Positions 51,456-64,000 of a stretch of 64,000 nt of DNA are shown here, piece after piece. The DNA comes from Nemertoderma westbladi (taxonomy: Eukaryota; Animalia; Xenacoelomorpha). The notes below the pieces were generated by a model, which made no database searches, was not told the DNA's origin, and worked only from the letters and a program-made list of their open reading frames with translations. Location: assembly GCA_032718475.1 (NCBI GenBank), contig JAUCBJ010003353.1, positions 1 through 64,000 of the forward strand, written 5' to 3'. The stretch's first letter is position 1. The number at the start of each line of letters is the position of its first letter. Position numbers and translations under genes: made by a program.

Positions 51456-54400
51456 TCATATGGATGTTTCATACGGAAATTCACCGAATATGTTTCCTGC
51501 TGGGTAATAGTCGCAGACTAGCAGGGTCATCTTGGGGCATACCTTAACAGCACACCCAAACATCTTTGTTTTACCCCAGATCACCTGCAACAAAATTGGA
51601 AAAACTTCCAGACAAGGGGATGTGGGAACTGAGGTTAATTATCTATTATGGGAAAGGAGCTGACTAAGGTTGCATTTCAATATAACAAAAAACGGGCAAC
51701 AATAGTTTATGGAAAATTGTGAAAGAATTTTACTAAACCGAAATTGTTTTCTTTGAAAAAACATAACATCTCAATGTGGGATTGAACCAGGTATCTCGAA
51801 TTACAAGTCATACGCTCTACCATTTGCACTTAAACAAAAGAGCAAACAATACTGAACCACAAGTGAGCAAAATCAAAGTGGAAATCAACACCAAAAACAG
51901 AAGGAGTGGCTACTAGAGGTTTTGCTATGCGAACCAAAAAATATATATGGTAATAGTTACCTGTGTAAAATGCCCAATACCCTCGAAATTTGATCGTGAC
52001 ACTGGTTCCCACTTTTCATATAGACTAACTTCTTCATACCAAGCTTTGACTACATCTACACCGTTTTTGATGCAGTTCCCACCACCAGACGAACCTAAAA
52101 ATAAACCATTAAAATAAATCAATCACCTATTAATTGCACCAATGTGGCTTTCTCTGTGTAATTTTAATATGTTCTTATCTCATTAAATTAGCATATTTTT
52201 TACATTTCTTTCAGAAATAAATGTCTTTTATATTTGAAATTTCAGATACAATCACATATATTAGCACTATGTTCCACTGCTTTTTCCCATTATACGTCAT
52301 ATTAGCAGTCAAATTGCCAATGCTATCTGGGTCTGTATATCTTTAGAGAAAGACAAAGAGCAAAACTAGCATGAGAAAATTCTCGTTGTTGCTAGTATGT
52401 GATTCTAATGTTTTTTTAAAGCTGTTTGTTGTAAAGAGGATCGTTAATTACATATTGGATGCTTGCAGTGTCGGCATTGATCCACTTTGGGACAAAGTAT
52501 ATACAAGTACCCAAATCCAGGCATGTGCCATCCCCAATTGTAATCTATCTCTATCATCAGCATTGAGATTGCTATGCTGGCTTAACAAGAAAATTGCGCA
52601 GCCATCATACAATCTACAATCGGGATAATTCATTACAGTTGGCATTTTGAATTCTATGCTAGCTTATCGACAATATTTGCTCCGCCATAACTTTCTTTCT
52701 TCATTAAATTCTGGAGATTATTAAATTACTTCAATGGCAGTGTCCTTTAAGAGGCGTCTCACGTAAACCATGGGCTGTTCATCATGCTTATTTTCTCCCC
52801 GAGGCTACCAAAGTACAAGGGTGTGCAGAGGCTGGTCCTGTCAATGTGACACCAATGAGATATCTCTAATGATTTAGTGTATATTGTCTGGTTGGAGACG
52901 TGACGCAGTGAACCTGTGTGCCATCCAGAGATTTGGTGTCTCAGCAGTTAGATTCATGGATTTTACTGTTCTACTCATTCTACTGATAAATATTCGAATT
53001 TATATTATATATATAATTTATATTATTCTATGGGACTTCTAAATACTGGACAGACTATTCAATGCCGCCCATGCCTTCTCCATTATATATAGTTGAAAGT
53101 CTTCACACCTGACTTCCGAATCAATGATTCAAAGTAGCAGAAGTGCCACATGCTCAAGCACACCATTCTTAGAGCTTATGCTCATATGATCAGACATTTC
53201 CTGAGAACTGAGTACTTCTGATCAAAATTTCTTGGAGTTAACAAAAATACCAAAAATAGAAGAATGAGCATGTTCTAATGAGCTGAGCAAACCAACAACC
53301 CAATTTCCCCAGGGAAAATATCGAAGAACCCCTCTCTACCTCCGTCCTCATAGTCAAACTGGGCCATTCCAACATTCACTGACCTAGCTGCATGAACTTG
53401 ATTAAACATAAAGTCAGAGTATTCTGACATCAATATGTAAGAGGCCTAGATCATATTGAACGTTACCCCATTAACATATCCTCTGATAGTATATAATTGA
53501 TGGGATTTGTTATGGTGATGTGGCTGATACTTGTGATTACCATTACATATAGAGAGTATCTATAGCGGCCCCTTTCAGGACCTAAGTTGACTTTACTACA
53601 CTTACTATAGGACAGCTGCAGTAGCTTAGTGAGGACTAATTGACTGACTTACTTACTGCCTTACTGGTCGGTCCATGTGCAAAAACGTAATATATAGCTT
53701 TGAATACTTTATTGTCTTTAGTTCGTTATACAAATAACTATTTTGATATCAGTATTTGCAACTGCTTTAGTGGTGACCCGGACGAGATCTGAATTAATCT
53801 CACCAGGAGGTATGCCGAATCGTGATACCCAATGAGCCAGGAGAGCCCTAGCGCGTGTTACATCTATGGCGTCTGGAATAGGCACTGCCTCTGGTCACTT
53901 GGTAAATCTATCAACGATTGTGAAAATATAGGAATTCCCTTGGGACGGATGGAGTGGACCTACAATATCCACATGTATTTTTGTTCAAATCGTCGTTCGG
54001 GAAGTTTGTAATGCTGGAAGGGAGTAATGGTATGTTGATGAATTTTGGCACGCTGACATTCTAAACAAGTTCCTGCCCAGATACCAACTTGCTTGTGTAA
54101 CCCATGCCAAATGGAACGAGAAGAAATGAGGTTACTGGTAGAGCAAATACCAGGATGTGAAAGTTGATGCAATGTATCGAAAATCATCTGTCACCATTTC
54201 TCTGGAACAATAGGTCTGGGATTCAATGTAGAAACATCGCATAGAATCCTACCTGAACCATAAGATAGTGGGACATCCTGAACGACCATATTTGTAATAG
54301 CGAGTTCTTTTTAATAAAATATATTAATTACGGAGCGGCAAAACTCGCGGCTGGTAAGAGCCACGGATCGGCAGACTCTCCTCTTCATAGAACGAGGCAG

Positions 54401-57400
54401 TCGATCCTATCCGAACAAACCGGAGAGAATCGCTCGGCCTGCAATCGAAACCTAAACACAAACCACTGGCAGGCGCAAATAAGAGAAACAGGATGAAAGA
54501 AAATATGTCGCAGAAACGAATGTCGACTGACGGAATAATTCAAGGAGATATCGACATAAACTCGATAGACCTGTCCACTTCAGGTCATTCTGAATCGCCA
54601 ACTCATCCATCTCCCGTTCCGCACTCGTCAGACACAGAAACATCCGAAACGTTTGTCAAACCGGAACCTTCCATCGACATATTGGAACCCATCCAAATGG
54701 AAGCGAGTTCCCTAAAAAGAGTAAAATTATTTTCAAAAAGACAATTGGTGCCAATAATGGTAAAGGTGCAATTACGATAAAGCCTGGATCCTTTGATGGG
54801 ATTACTAGAGGGGAATTAAACCCCAGTGCTATAAATTTGGAGAACTCTGTTAACTTCGATTTTAGTACGACATTCTCAGTAAGCACACCTTCCGAGAAAA
54901 TCCTGCACCAGGAACCGGCCGAAATCGGTGAAAATGTCGAAATAATTGACAACCCTATAACAATAACACACGAAAGGCCAGCCACTAAGGTAGACAGTTG
55001 CGAATTATATCCTAACGCGATCGAAAAACTGGACCCACAGGAGCTAATAAATAAGATAAAAACATGTCTACAAGAAATCACCGATAACCATCCGGCCAAC
55101 ACCATCCCCCTACCCGCAGTGCTGAAAACACTCGAAAATAAAGCCTGGCTCAGTAATGATGTTGTGGATGGATTTATGGGACTAATACAACTCCACTTCC
55201 CCCACACAGCGCCTGTACCAAGCCAACTCGCAGAGCAGCTGAGATCATCGGGCTGTAGCCAACTTTCCGCAATCCAATACGTGGCGACCCGGTACCTCGG
55301 TCGCTATCAATCTATAACACCGACTCTTCTCTTCTTGCCGGATTGTAATAAAGATCACTTCATCCTTCACGTGGCCGACACCAGAGTACGTACCATGTAC
55401 GCAATAGACTCAAACCGAGCATCAATTCCCACGCGAATAACCTTCGCCTTCGCGAATATACTGAACACAATCGATGAAAATAATTCTTGGAGCAAAAATA
55501 AAGTAACTGAGAAATGGAAAGTGGGATCAAGTATACAACGTTAAGTAAGTAGGGGAATGGCTATGATTGCGGGGTGTATGTCTGTCTGGGCGCCCTAACA
55601 GTAGCCCAGGACAAGAATCAGTTACCGCCAATTCACTACGACATTGCAAAGGCTCGGGGCTGGCTGCAGTCCTGTTTTAAAGACTTTAAACTTGCGAATA
55701 ATGTGGATGTGGATATCGATTTTGGCTATACTCCAGCGACCTCCGTCTCTACATAGGGAAACCATCTCAGCGAACATCGGAATACTGAGGGGAACCCTCC
55801 AAACCACAAACGAGTGCTGAGCGAACTTGATATCTTGCATCTACCTAGGAAAGAAGCTCTCAAAATCATATCAGATAAATATTCTATGGAGCAAATCTCA
55901 AATATTCGGAAAGACCTGTTCAACTGCGTTATTAAATTAACATCACCTCTCCAACAGGTAACGCTAAAGCTGCAATCGCGATCCTCTCCAAGCGCCCTGG
56001 CAACCGACGTTCTAGAACTGCTACGGTGTAGACTTACTGGGTTATTGACAGAACCCGGCCGCAAACGTTTGCGTAAGATTGAATCTACGGATAAAGGTAT
56101 TATATTGGAAGGCCTCAAGAACGATCTCATAACTGCTGTCTCTGCCCTACATGCTCGCATGTGTATGATCGAGGCTGAGAACTCCAACCTCAAAGAGCGC
56201 ATGGGAACTGTGGTGGATGAACTGAGCATCGAATGCCACCATCGAGTCATGTGGGAGTCTAAATTCAACAAACTCAGTTCGAATAAACCAACAATAGGAC
56301 AGATACTATACGACAATCTCAGCTCAACAATCACCACTATAATAGAGCCCATCACAGAAAACCAACTAATGGCCCACTTTAATTTAAACACGCCTCTCTC
56401 GCCTCATGGCTCACCCCAAATTGAAGAAAACGTGATTGTTGGATCAATTCTCCACCAGTTTCACCAGCAACGCCCCCTGTATCCAAAGACGTGATATAAC
56501 AATCAAACGCCGATGGCTGGACAACTGTAGAACCTAAAAAGAACAAATACACACGAAATTTGGGCGTCGAAACTAAGAGTGACAACCGCGGTCTCAAAAG
56601 AGACACTATAAGAGGGAACGACATTCAACCGAGCAAACCGACCTCAAACAGAGATCCTCCACAAAGACTGTGCTGCTCAGACTCGAGACGACTTCATTCC
56701 CTGTTCATCAGCGGAGTATCAAGGAATAATAACGATAATGATGTTCTAGAATACCTGAACCGTAACAAAATTGAGGTACATCGTTCATCATGCAGGTTAA
56801 GCCGTGACTCCAATAACATCCGATTAACTGTGGATTTAAATGATTCAGAGACACTAAAACAATCCGACTTCTGGCCTGCTGGAATTCGATGTCGCGACTG
56901 GGAATATCATCCCAGATATGTGGAACAAAGAAAACGTCATGAAGATAATCGAGATCACCATAACAACCGACGTATGTATAACACCGACGGCATAAAGACC
57001 CCCATATTCAACGTGATAATAGCTGACAGCCTTCGAGTCAACGCGACCGCAACCGCCAACAAGATACCAACGGACAACCCTGGGTGCATCGCAACCGGAC
57101 CGAACAACTAGACTCCTGCGGACAACGTACGAGGAATGGAGACCAGGATGGGGGGCAACGAGATCAGTCTAGGAAACGAGACTATGATGGACAATCCTCG
57201 TGGCAGCGCGACCCCAACGAACAACACTCGTGGAAACCAGATCGCAATGGACAGCCCTCAGGTCATCATGACCGCGATGAACAACAATCGTGGAAACCAG
57301 ATCGCAACGGACAGCCTTCAGGTTATCGTGGCCACGATGAACAACAATCGTGGAAACCAGATCGGAACGGACATCCTTTAGGTCATCGTGACCGCAATGA

Positions 57401-60400
57401 ACAACAATCGTGGAAACCAGATCGCAATGGACAGCCTTCAGGTAACCGCAATGAACAACAATTATGAAAACGATATCGCAACAGACAGCCTTCAGGTCAT
57501 CGTGACCGCGATGAACAACAATCGTGGAAACCAGATCACAACAGACAGCCTTCAGGTCAACGTGACTGCAATGAACAACAATCATGGAAACCATATCGCA
57601 CGGACAGCCTTCAGGTCATCGTGACCGCGATGAACAACAATCGTGGAAACCAGATTGCAACAGACAGCCTTCAGGTCATCGTGACCGCGATGAACAACAA
57701 TCGTGGAAACCAGATCGCAACGGACAGCCTTCAGGTCATTGTGACCACGATGAACAACAATCGTAGAAACCAGATCGCAACGGACAGCCATCATCATATA
57801 CTAATCCTAGAGAGTTCCCGAGCCGGTATCGTCTTTAACACGTCAAACAACGAGGAGAGAAGTGAAATTGTAGCTGTAAGATGTGGTATACTAAATACAA
57901 ATGGATTTTTAAGCAATACAAACTATATAAATAAACTTCTTGATGAATGTGACTTCCTTGGAATACAGGAACACTGGTTGGACGATCTGTAATGTCAGGC
58001 CAGCCTCTTTCCGCTTGACAATAAATTTGACTGCGTCTACGCTGTCAGTTTTCTGATGGAAAATCCGAATAGAAAACGCGGTGCGGGCGGCGTCGCTTTA
58101 TTCTTTAGGAAGGATTCAGTGATGAATTGGTCTCAGGTAAATGGCGGCGACGACATAGTTGGCGTTATTGCTGACCTACACCATGCCGAGCGGCCGGTCT
58201 TGGTGTTATCATGTTATTATGCCCTGGATCAATCAAAGGACACCGCCTTGTATGACAGTTTCCTGGGTCGCCTATGCTCCCTCATAACTCAATATTCAGG
58301 GTGTCTTCTGATAGTCCCAATGGACTGCAATGCTGATGTCGGTAACTTACAATGAGCGAGGGGACACCTATCAAACGAAAAACCAAATCCTAGAGGCATT
58401 CATCTGAACTCATTCCTAAACACCATCGAGTTATGCGCGGCAGACACTCACAATCAGTTCAGTGGGCCAGTGATAACTTTCCGGGGACAGGGTAGAGATA
58501 CGTCATTGTATATCGACCATATATTGACGTCAACCACCTGGCTTGATCTCATCAACACTGGAATAGTATACGACGATGATCCAGCCAATAACTCTCCGAC
58601 CATGTTCCAGTAACTGCAAATTATCAGCTCACTTCAAATATCGGCAATGCTGATAGTGATACACACATGTCAAAGCACAAACGACGTCAATTGAAGTTCA
58701 ATTGGGCGAAGGCAATGGATGAGGATAAAGATAAATATAAGGAGGTAGTTGACTTCGCTGTAAAAAGTCTGCCCTAGAGATCAATGACCTTTGAGCCAGT
58801 AAATTGGTAGCATCGAGGAAATAAACAATTGCATGGACAAACTACAATGTGCATTGGTTGCGGCCGCAACAACATACATCCCGACGCTGAAACAAAGACG
58901 CAGTATGAAAAATATATGAATACTTTCCAAACTGCTACAATCAAGTGCGAAGATTACACGGCAGCTGTATAAACTGTGGGAGGAGGCGGGCCATGAGCCC
59001 ACCGACCAACTGGGTTCGGAGTTCAAAGAGTCGAAACAGCATACTCGGAGGATTAAAAATTATTTATCAAAGAACTTTGTTCACAATTCCACAAACAAAT
59101 GGGCCAGAAATGTCAGTTCAAACCCTAGAAACTTCTGGGCCAACATTAATCGCGTGAAGACTACTAGTGCCCCTCCGACGATGGAGTCTCCCCTGCGAGA
59201 CCACTACGCCACTAAGTTCAGTGGAGATGGCGGTGTGAGCAAAACTCTGAACGCCGAACTGCGGGAAGCCTGTTCGGAAACGGTTCTCCCTCAAATCTCG
59301 TCGTTAGCTGTGAGACGATCTGTGGTCTCACTATCAACTGGGAAATCCCTGGACTTCGCCTCATTAACTGTGGAACATATACTGCACATGAACCCAGAAC
59401 CGATCTGTGAATATCTCACCTCTTTAATCAATGCCTGTTTTAATCTAAAGCAAGTACCTGAACTGTTTGGGAATCCGGTCGTATCAAGTCTTTACAAAGG
59501 GAAGCGAAGAGACATATACAACACTGGATCCTATAGACCTATAGATTCCATAAGTATCTGGGCGAAGGTGTTCGAACGTATCGTTCTCACCGACTTCCTC
59601 ATCAATATCAAACTCCACGATAATCAAACTGCATATTGGGACAGAATCGGCTGTGATATTGCCATAGCGACAATTCTAGAATGTGTGGAGAACAATCTAT
59701 CCAGCAAATCGACACTGTTCGTATGTCAGCTGGACATCGAGTCGGCATTCGACACGGTAGACTATGACGCACTCGGTCGCAAGATGTTGGAATTCGTCAA
59801 CCCCCATGTGGTCGTGACCGTGCTGAACTATTACACCGTCAGTATGACATTCCTAAAGTTTGCCGGTATAATAGACAGGACGGACGGGCCGGAATCCAAG
59901 TCTCCTGCGGAGTTAAACAGGGGTCGCTCCTATCGCCTCTCCTGTTCAATCTATATACTCGGTCACTCCTATCGCCTCTCCTGTTCAATCTATATACGCG
60001 GAGTATTATTGATGACCTTCAGGACACAAACATCGGATACTCAATTAACTCAATCTGGTTGGGAGCAATCTCATATGCTGACGATGGCTAATAGCGCCAA
60101 AGACATTGAGCAGCTGTACACTACGTTTAGCTCAAGCGCCAAAAACATAAAGCTGTCAGTGGAAAAGAGTAAAATCAACTGGTCGGTTTTTTCGAACCAA
60201 ATGATCTCTACATCTCCCAACTTTCATCACATTAGTAGAAGGCCAACTGATCCCCGCCAAGAACTCGTGGACCTTTCTGGGCTACAACTTCCAGGCTATG
60301 ACCAACCCTCTGGGCGCGTCGGTGCAGAAAATCGCTTCTCTGGCCCACATGTTCCAGTCGAAGGGTTGGTCCACGAGGTGGCTCCCGGTGGCAGCCGTGT

Positions 60401-62976
60401 CTATCCTGTGGCGATCCATTGCGTTACCGGCTATTGTCTACTCGCTAAAATTAAACATTGGAGCCCTCAACCAACGTGATGTGAACACCCTTGATATCGC
60501 CTATAGAAACGCGCTCCACAGTCTACTCAACATTGGCTGCTACATCGGGAACGCCACACTCTACATCTGTCGCAGCTCAGGCCGATCTCGCAGGGGGCTC
60601 TTTGACTCGCGGTGGGCACACTGACGAGGTACATACAACGAGTGCCGCAAAAAGGCACTTCATAGTGCCTTTATCAGCCTCGCAGTATCGAGTCTCTCAC
60701 CTGGTGGAACGAAGGGTGGCCAAGGTATCCTTAGTGCGTATCACAGCGCTGCTCTCGAACATCCATTACCGCGACTCGAGTCTATACTAAATTGTTAACC
60801 GGATGGTCTTGGGCGCATCGACTTCCGCAGATACTGCGAACGCCGTCTTTATGTGGCCTGCTTCTACTTACAATCCCTGACATTGCTGGAAAAACGAAAC
60901 CGAAAAAAGGAATATTTTGCCATAATTTAGTCGTATTTATTTTAATTGCTTTATCAGATATATTCTTTTTAGTCAGAACATATTCGGAAAATTTAACTCT
61001 TTAATTCAAATAACTTAATTTGATTTAATTGTGTGCCATTTTATGCTATCTGGAGTACATTTTTATCTAGTCAGTTTTAAGATTCAATACCAATACCAAA
61101 TTGGAGGTCACCAGAGGTCACAACTGTCATTATGACCTTTTAAGAATCTGAGAATCTCCTTTTTATATTATTATTTATTATGATAGTTGGGTCACGATAA
61201 AATAACAGCAGTCATATATATGGTTAGCAATACCCACATCATTAATAACAATATGAATAGTCCCTACATCATCCAAACGTCGAGATGAAGCAGACACCCA
61301 GTTAGCCGCCATTAAAAGTACCAAATTTACAATAAGTCAATCAAGAGGAGAACCTCTTTTTACTTCATGAAGTACACGTGTTATGTTATTATTTATCACA
61401 TCTTAACTGTTTGTTGTATATTTATGTAATTGTGTTCAGTTATTTTAATGATTTTATTGTCGGCTGGTCCGAATTAAACAAATGAATGTATCCATAGTGG
61501 ATACATTCATTTGTTTAATTCGGACTAAAAACCGGCAAATGAATAAAACCGAATAAAACCGCCAAAATGAAATGAGTCGCCGCACATACTCTAACATAAT
61601 AGATAAAGGCACCGCATTGCATTCCTTCTATACCAAACAAACCTAAAACACCCTACATTCTTATGTACTACATAAAAATGTAGTCTATGTAGAAATACCA
61701 TATTGCAGGGACTGTACATGTACTTGTACATATATTAGGTAAAAAGTGGAATCACTTTACTGTATCTCATTATCACTTTCTAAGTGACAGGTTACACCCA
61801 TTGTATTGTGTGATGGAATATACACCCGACTTTTTATTAGCCTATTGTTACTTTATCTCTCTTACTGCCTTGATCATCTACAGCTGAATTATTGAAATAT
61901 GAATAATACTAACATGAATCACACTTGTATAGATTTTGTCCCATACTTTTCCCTCTGAACTCATGAATAACATGATTGAAATTGCAACTCTCTGCTAATT
62001 TCTCAGCTTCAAGTGCAATTTTTCTATTCCATTTCTGAAAAAATGTAAATGACATGTAAAAAGACATCAATTAAATATGTATCTACCAGAGCAATTCCTT
62101 TTATTCAAAATTATTTAAAACCTAGTGCCTCTCACTTCTTCTCTGATTTTTTTCCATACCCACCACCTCACACTTTGCACAAATGTGTTAAGCAATTTGG
62201 GATTTGGAACTAAGGAATTTGGGATGATGATTATTAAATAACAATTATGTTAGTATAGAGTAGGGTTAATCACAAAACGGAAATTCTATAAAAAATCAGA
62301 AATGGAATCACCGACAGGGAAAATTCATGTCGGAAATGTTGTAGCTAGAGAATGTGCTTTATAATCTTTTGACAGATAGAACGGCAGACAACCATATCTA
62401 GAAATAAAAGAGATCTTCCTAAGTAGTATTCAGATTTTCTGCCAGGAGTCGGCCTAATAACCACCGGTTTACTAATAGTGTGGGCTGCATACTAGTAAAA
62501 AAAATAAATAAATGTAGTGGCTACCGCAGCTTACCAGACGAGGTCGTATATTAAGCAAGTCATGGACCAGACGAGGTCGTATATTAAGCAAGTCATGGTA
62601 GGCATTGTTCAATTAACCCCGTAGCTTACATACCTCTTGCATTCAGGTTCAACTTACTAATAATAATTAAAAATTTGTTAATCAAATATCTACTATAAAT
62701 TACTTAAGTTAAGAAGACAGTCTTCTGTACTGACAAGTGGATAGACCCTGTTTTAAGACCCTTAGAACTTACCAATGGAGGCAGAGGTGTCGATGGTCTG
62801 GGAAGTTTTTCACCATCTGCCATTGATCCTGGAAGGTCCATCCTGTAGTCGTTATGAGCTTTGATAAGCGCCTTCTTGGTCTTTCTGTCGCATTTAGCGT
62901 CTGTTAACGTAGTTTGTAGTAGTAGAGCAACCACAACTGAAAGAGCTATCATTACTAATCGTTGTGAAGTCGCCAT
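51456..62976 (-). CDS. Secreted CAP/SCP (antigen-5/PR-1/CRISP-like) protein, 4 exons: 62976-62773, 62034-61914, 52094-51961, 51584-51456; 195 aa
   Basis: Signal peptide, then AHNDYR, KWNRKIALEAEKLAESC.F.H, MGQNLY, VKAWYEE, GHFTQVIWGKTKMFGCA and LLVCDYYPAGN. All junctions are GT-AG with compatible phases (0, 1, 0). An AATAAA lies about 100 nt after the stop. Confidence 0.9.
51767..51830 (-). pseudogene. Degenerate tRNA-like sequence (tRNA pseudogene or SINE head) in CAP intron 3
   Basis: Minus strand GCAAATGGTAGAGCGTATGACTTGTAATTCGAGATACCTGGTTCAATCCCA has A/B-box-like motifs, but the stems are broken. Confidence 0.45.
53800..54300 (-). mobile_element. Ty3/Gypsy integrase fragment
   Basis: H2C2 zinc finger LHQLSHPG...CLECQRAK, then (frameshifted) HVDIVGPL..SQGNSYIFTIVDRFTK.PEAVPI...WVSRFGIP. 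Confidence 0.85.
54310..61005 (+). mobile_element. Near full-length, inactivated APE-type non-LTR retrotransposon (RTEX/Proto2-like) in CAP intron 2
   Basis: ORF1 region about 54493-57800 contains a Ulp1-like domain, a coiled coil, the FWPAGIRCRDW motif and 20-aa repeats. APE motifs: LNTNG...LGIQEHWL, GGVA, DCNAD, IDHIL, SDHVPV (57880-58615). RT motifs: SYRPI, LDIESAFDTV, GVKQGSLLSPLLFN, SYADD (59500-60090). Multiple stops and frameshifts. Confidence 0.88.
57180..57790 (+). repeat. 60-bp tandem repeat at the end of LINE ORF1 (DEQQSWKPDRNGQPSGHRDR)
   Basis: About 10 copies of ATGAACAACAATCGTGGAAACCAGATCGCAACGGACAGCCTTCAGGTCATCGTGACCGCG. Confidence 0.92.
61467..61525. repeat. Perfect 28-bp hairpin with a 3-nt loop
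   Basis: GTCCGAATTAAACAAATGAATGTATCCA-TAG-TGGATACATTCATTTGTTTAATTCGGAC. Confidence 0.95.
62533..62598. repeat. Perfect 33-bp tandem duplication in CAP intron 1
   Basis: ACCAGACGAGGTCGTATATTAAGCAAGTCATGG, two copies. Confidence 0.95.
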
Positions 62977-64000
62977 AATCCCTCCTAGATATTCAGTCAA
63001 ATAATTTTAGTATTAATTAAATAGAGGCAGGTAATAAACATATAGCATTGTAAAGGACGGAAGGAGTTAAAATAAAATACAATTAATAATTTATTATATA
63101 GCTAGTAATTCTTACAGGCTGAGCTTGCGTATAATTTTGCACGTTATAATCCTTACGATTTAGTTCAGTGAGTGGGAGCACCAAAATAACAAGGTTTGAA
63201 GTTAATTTTAAAACATTTCCTCAACACAATGTAATTTTGATTGTTACAACTTTAATGTTTGCTGGAGTACGACAGTGCAGTAGGTATGGTGGTAAAACTG
63301 TAATAGATATATTTATTAATTATGAATGTTTTATTTTATCACATATCCGGGACGAAAAGTCCGCGAGGAAACACTTCCATGTAACACCACGTCCACGTCA
63401 TTCATTTTATATATATATATAGCTAAATTCAAATAAACAGTACATACAAACCTGTTGCAGTCTTCTTAGCAAAATTATAAACTATATTACAAGATTTGAA
63501 ATTTGTTTTAGAAATAAATGTAGAGGTCACGTCATTACAACCTCATCTCGGCTTATATAATTTTATAGTCGAGATCAATGAAAGTAATTATAATGTCTTA
63601 TTAAGAAGGAAATTTTTGTGTATTGTTAAAACTTTGGTATATAAATAAATTGGTCCGATGTTTTTTCTAAAGATCTTATAATTAGAATTTGTATCTTGTG
63701 ATCAATGAAATGATTGGCCATTTTGCAAAGAAATTGTCCAATTTTTTATAATTATGTTTTCTCTTGTATTAACAGCTGCAGTACATTGGGCGTGAGGCTG
63801 AGTTAAATTCATAACTTCGAGAAAGTGTGACCTCATTTCACAGTACAATAGGTAATAGAAAAAAAGTAAAATAATTAATTATACATACCTACCTACCTGA
63901 TTGGAATTTATGCAAATCTATTCAGTCAGGGGAGATATGGTCTGTTCTGCCAAATATTGAATCGTATGCATACATATACACTCATTCAAACCAGAAATTA

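Noticed and set aside
57169-57797. 60-bp array as a CRISPR array or an independent gene (antisense ORFs)
   Set aside because: No spacers; the array is embedded in the LINE, and the antisense ORFs are shadows of the repeat.

Overview
AT-rich, repeat-dense animal genomic DNA, most likely from an invertebrate; spliceosomal introns and a eukaryotic tRNA are present, and nothing is prokaryotic or CRISPR-like. Host genes I can support: tRNA-Asn(GTT); a two-exon (minimum) ALMS-motif gene of the ALMS1/CEP295/C10orf90 family on the minus strand; an intronless type II membrane fibrinogen-related (FReD) gene; a small secreted LDLa-like peptide gene with a probable amidation signal, whose 5' UTR intron holds a ~5.9-kb 16-bp satellite; and a four-exon secreted CAP/SCP gene. 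The rest is nested mobile DNA: a MULE/Foldback-like MITE with a 9-bp TSD, a 2.9-kb CCC...GGG TIR element with an 8-bp TSD, a CR1 fragment, a pogo-like transposase with a PHD finger split by Copia and other inserts, a deleted BEL/Pao element, a Gypsy fragment and SINEs. Two items stand out. The first is a near full-length APE-type LINE whose ORF1 region carries a Ulp1/SENP-like (C48) protease domain and a 60-bp coding tandem repeat. The second is a tRNA B-box fused to a hammerhead-ribozyme core, sitting in the loop of a ~165-bp inverted repeat. All family calls come from motifs recognised by eye, and no database search was run.
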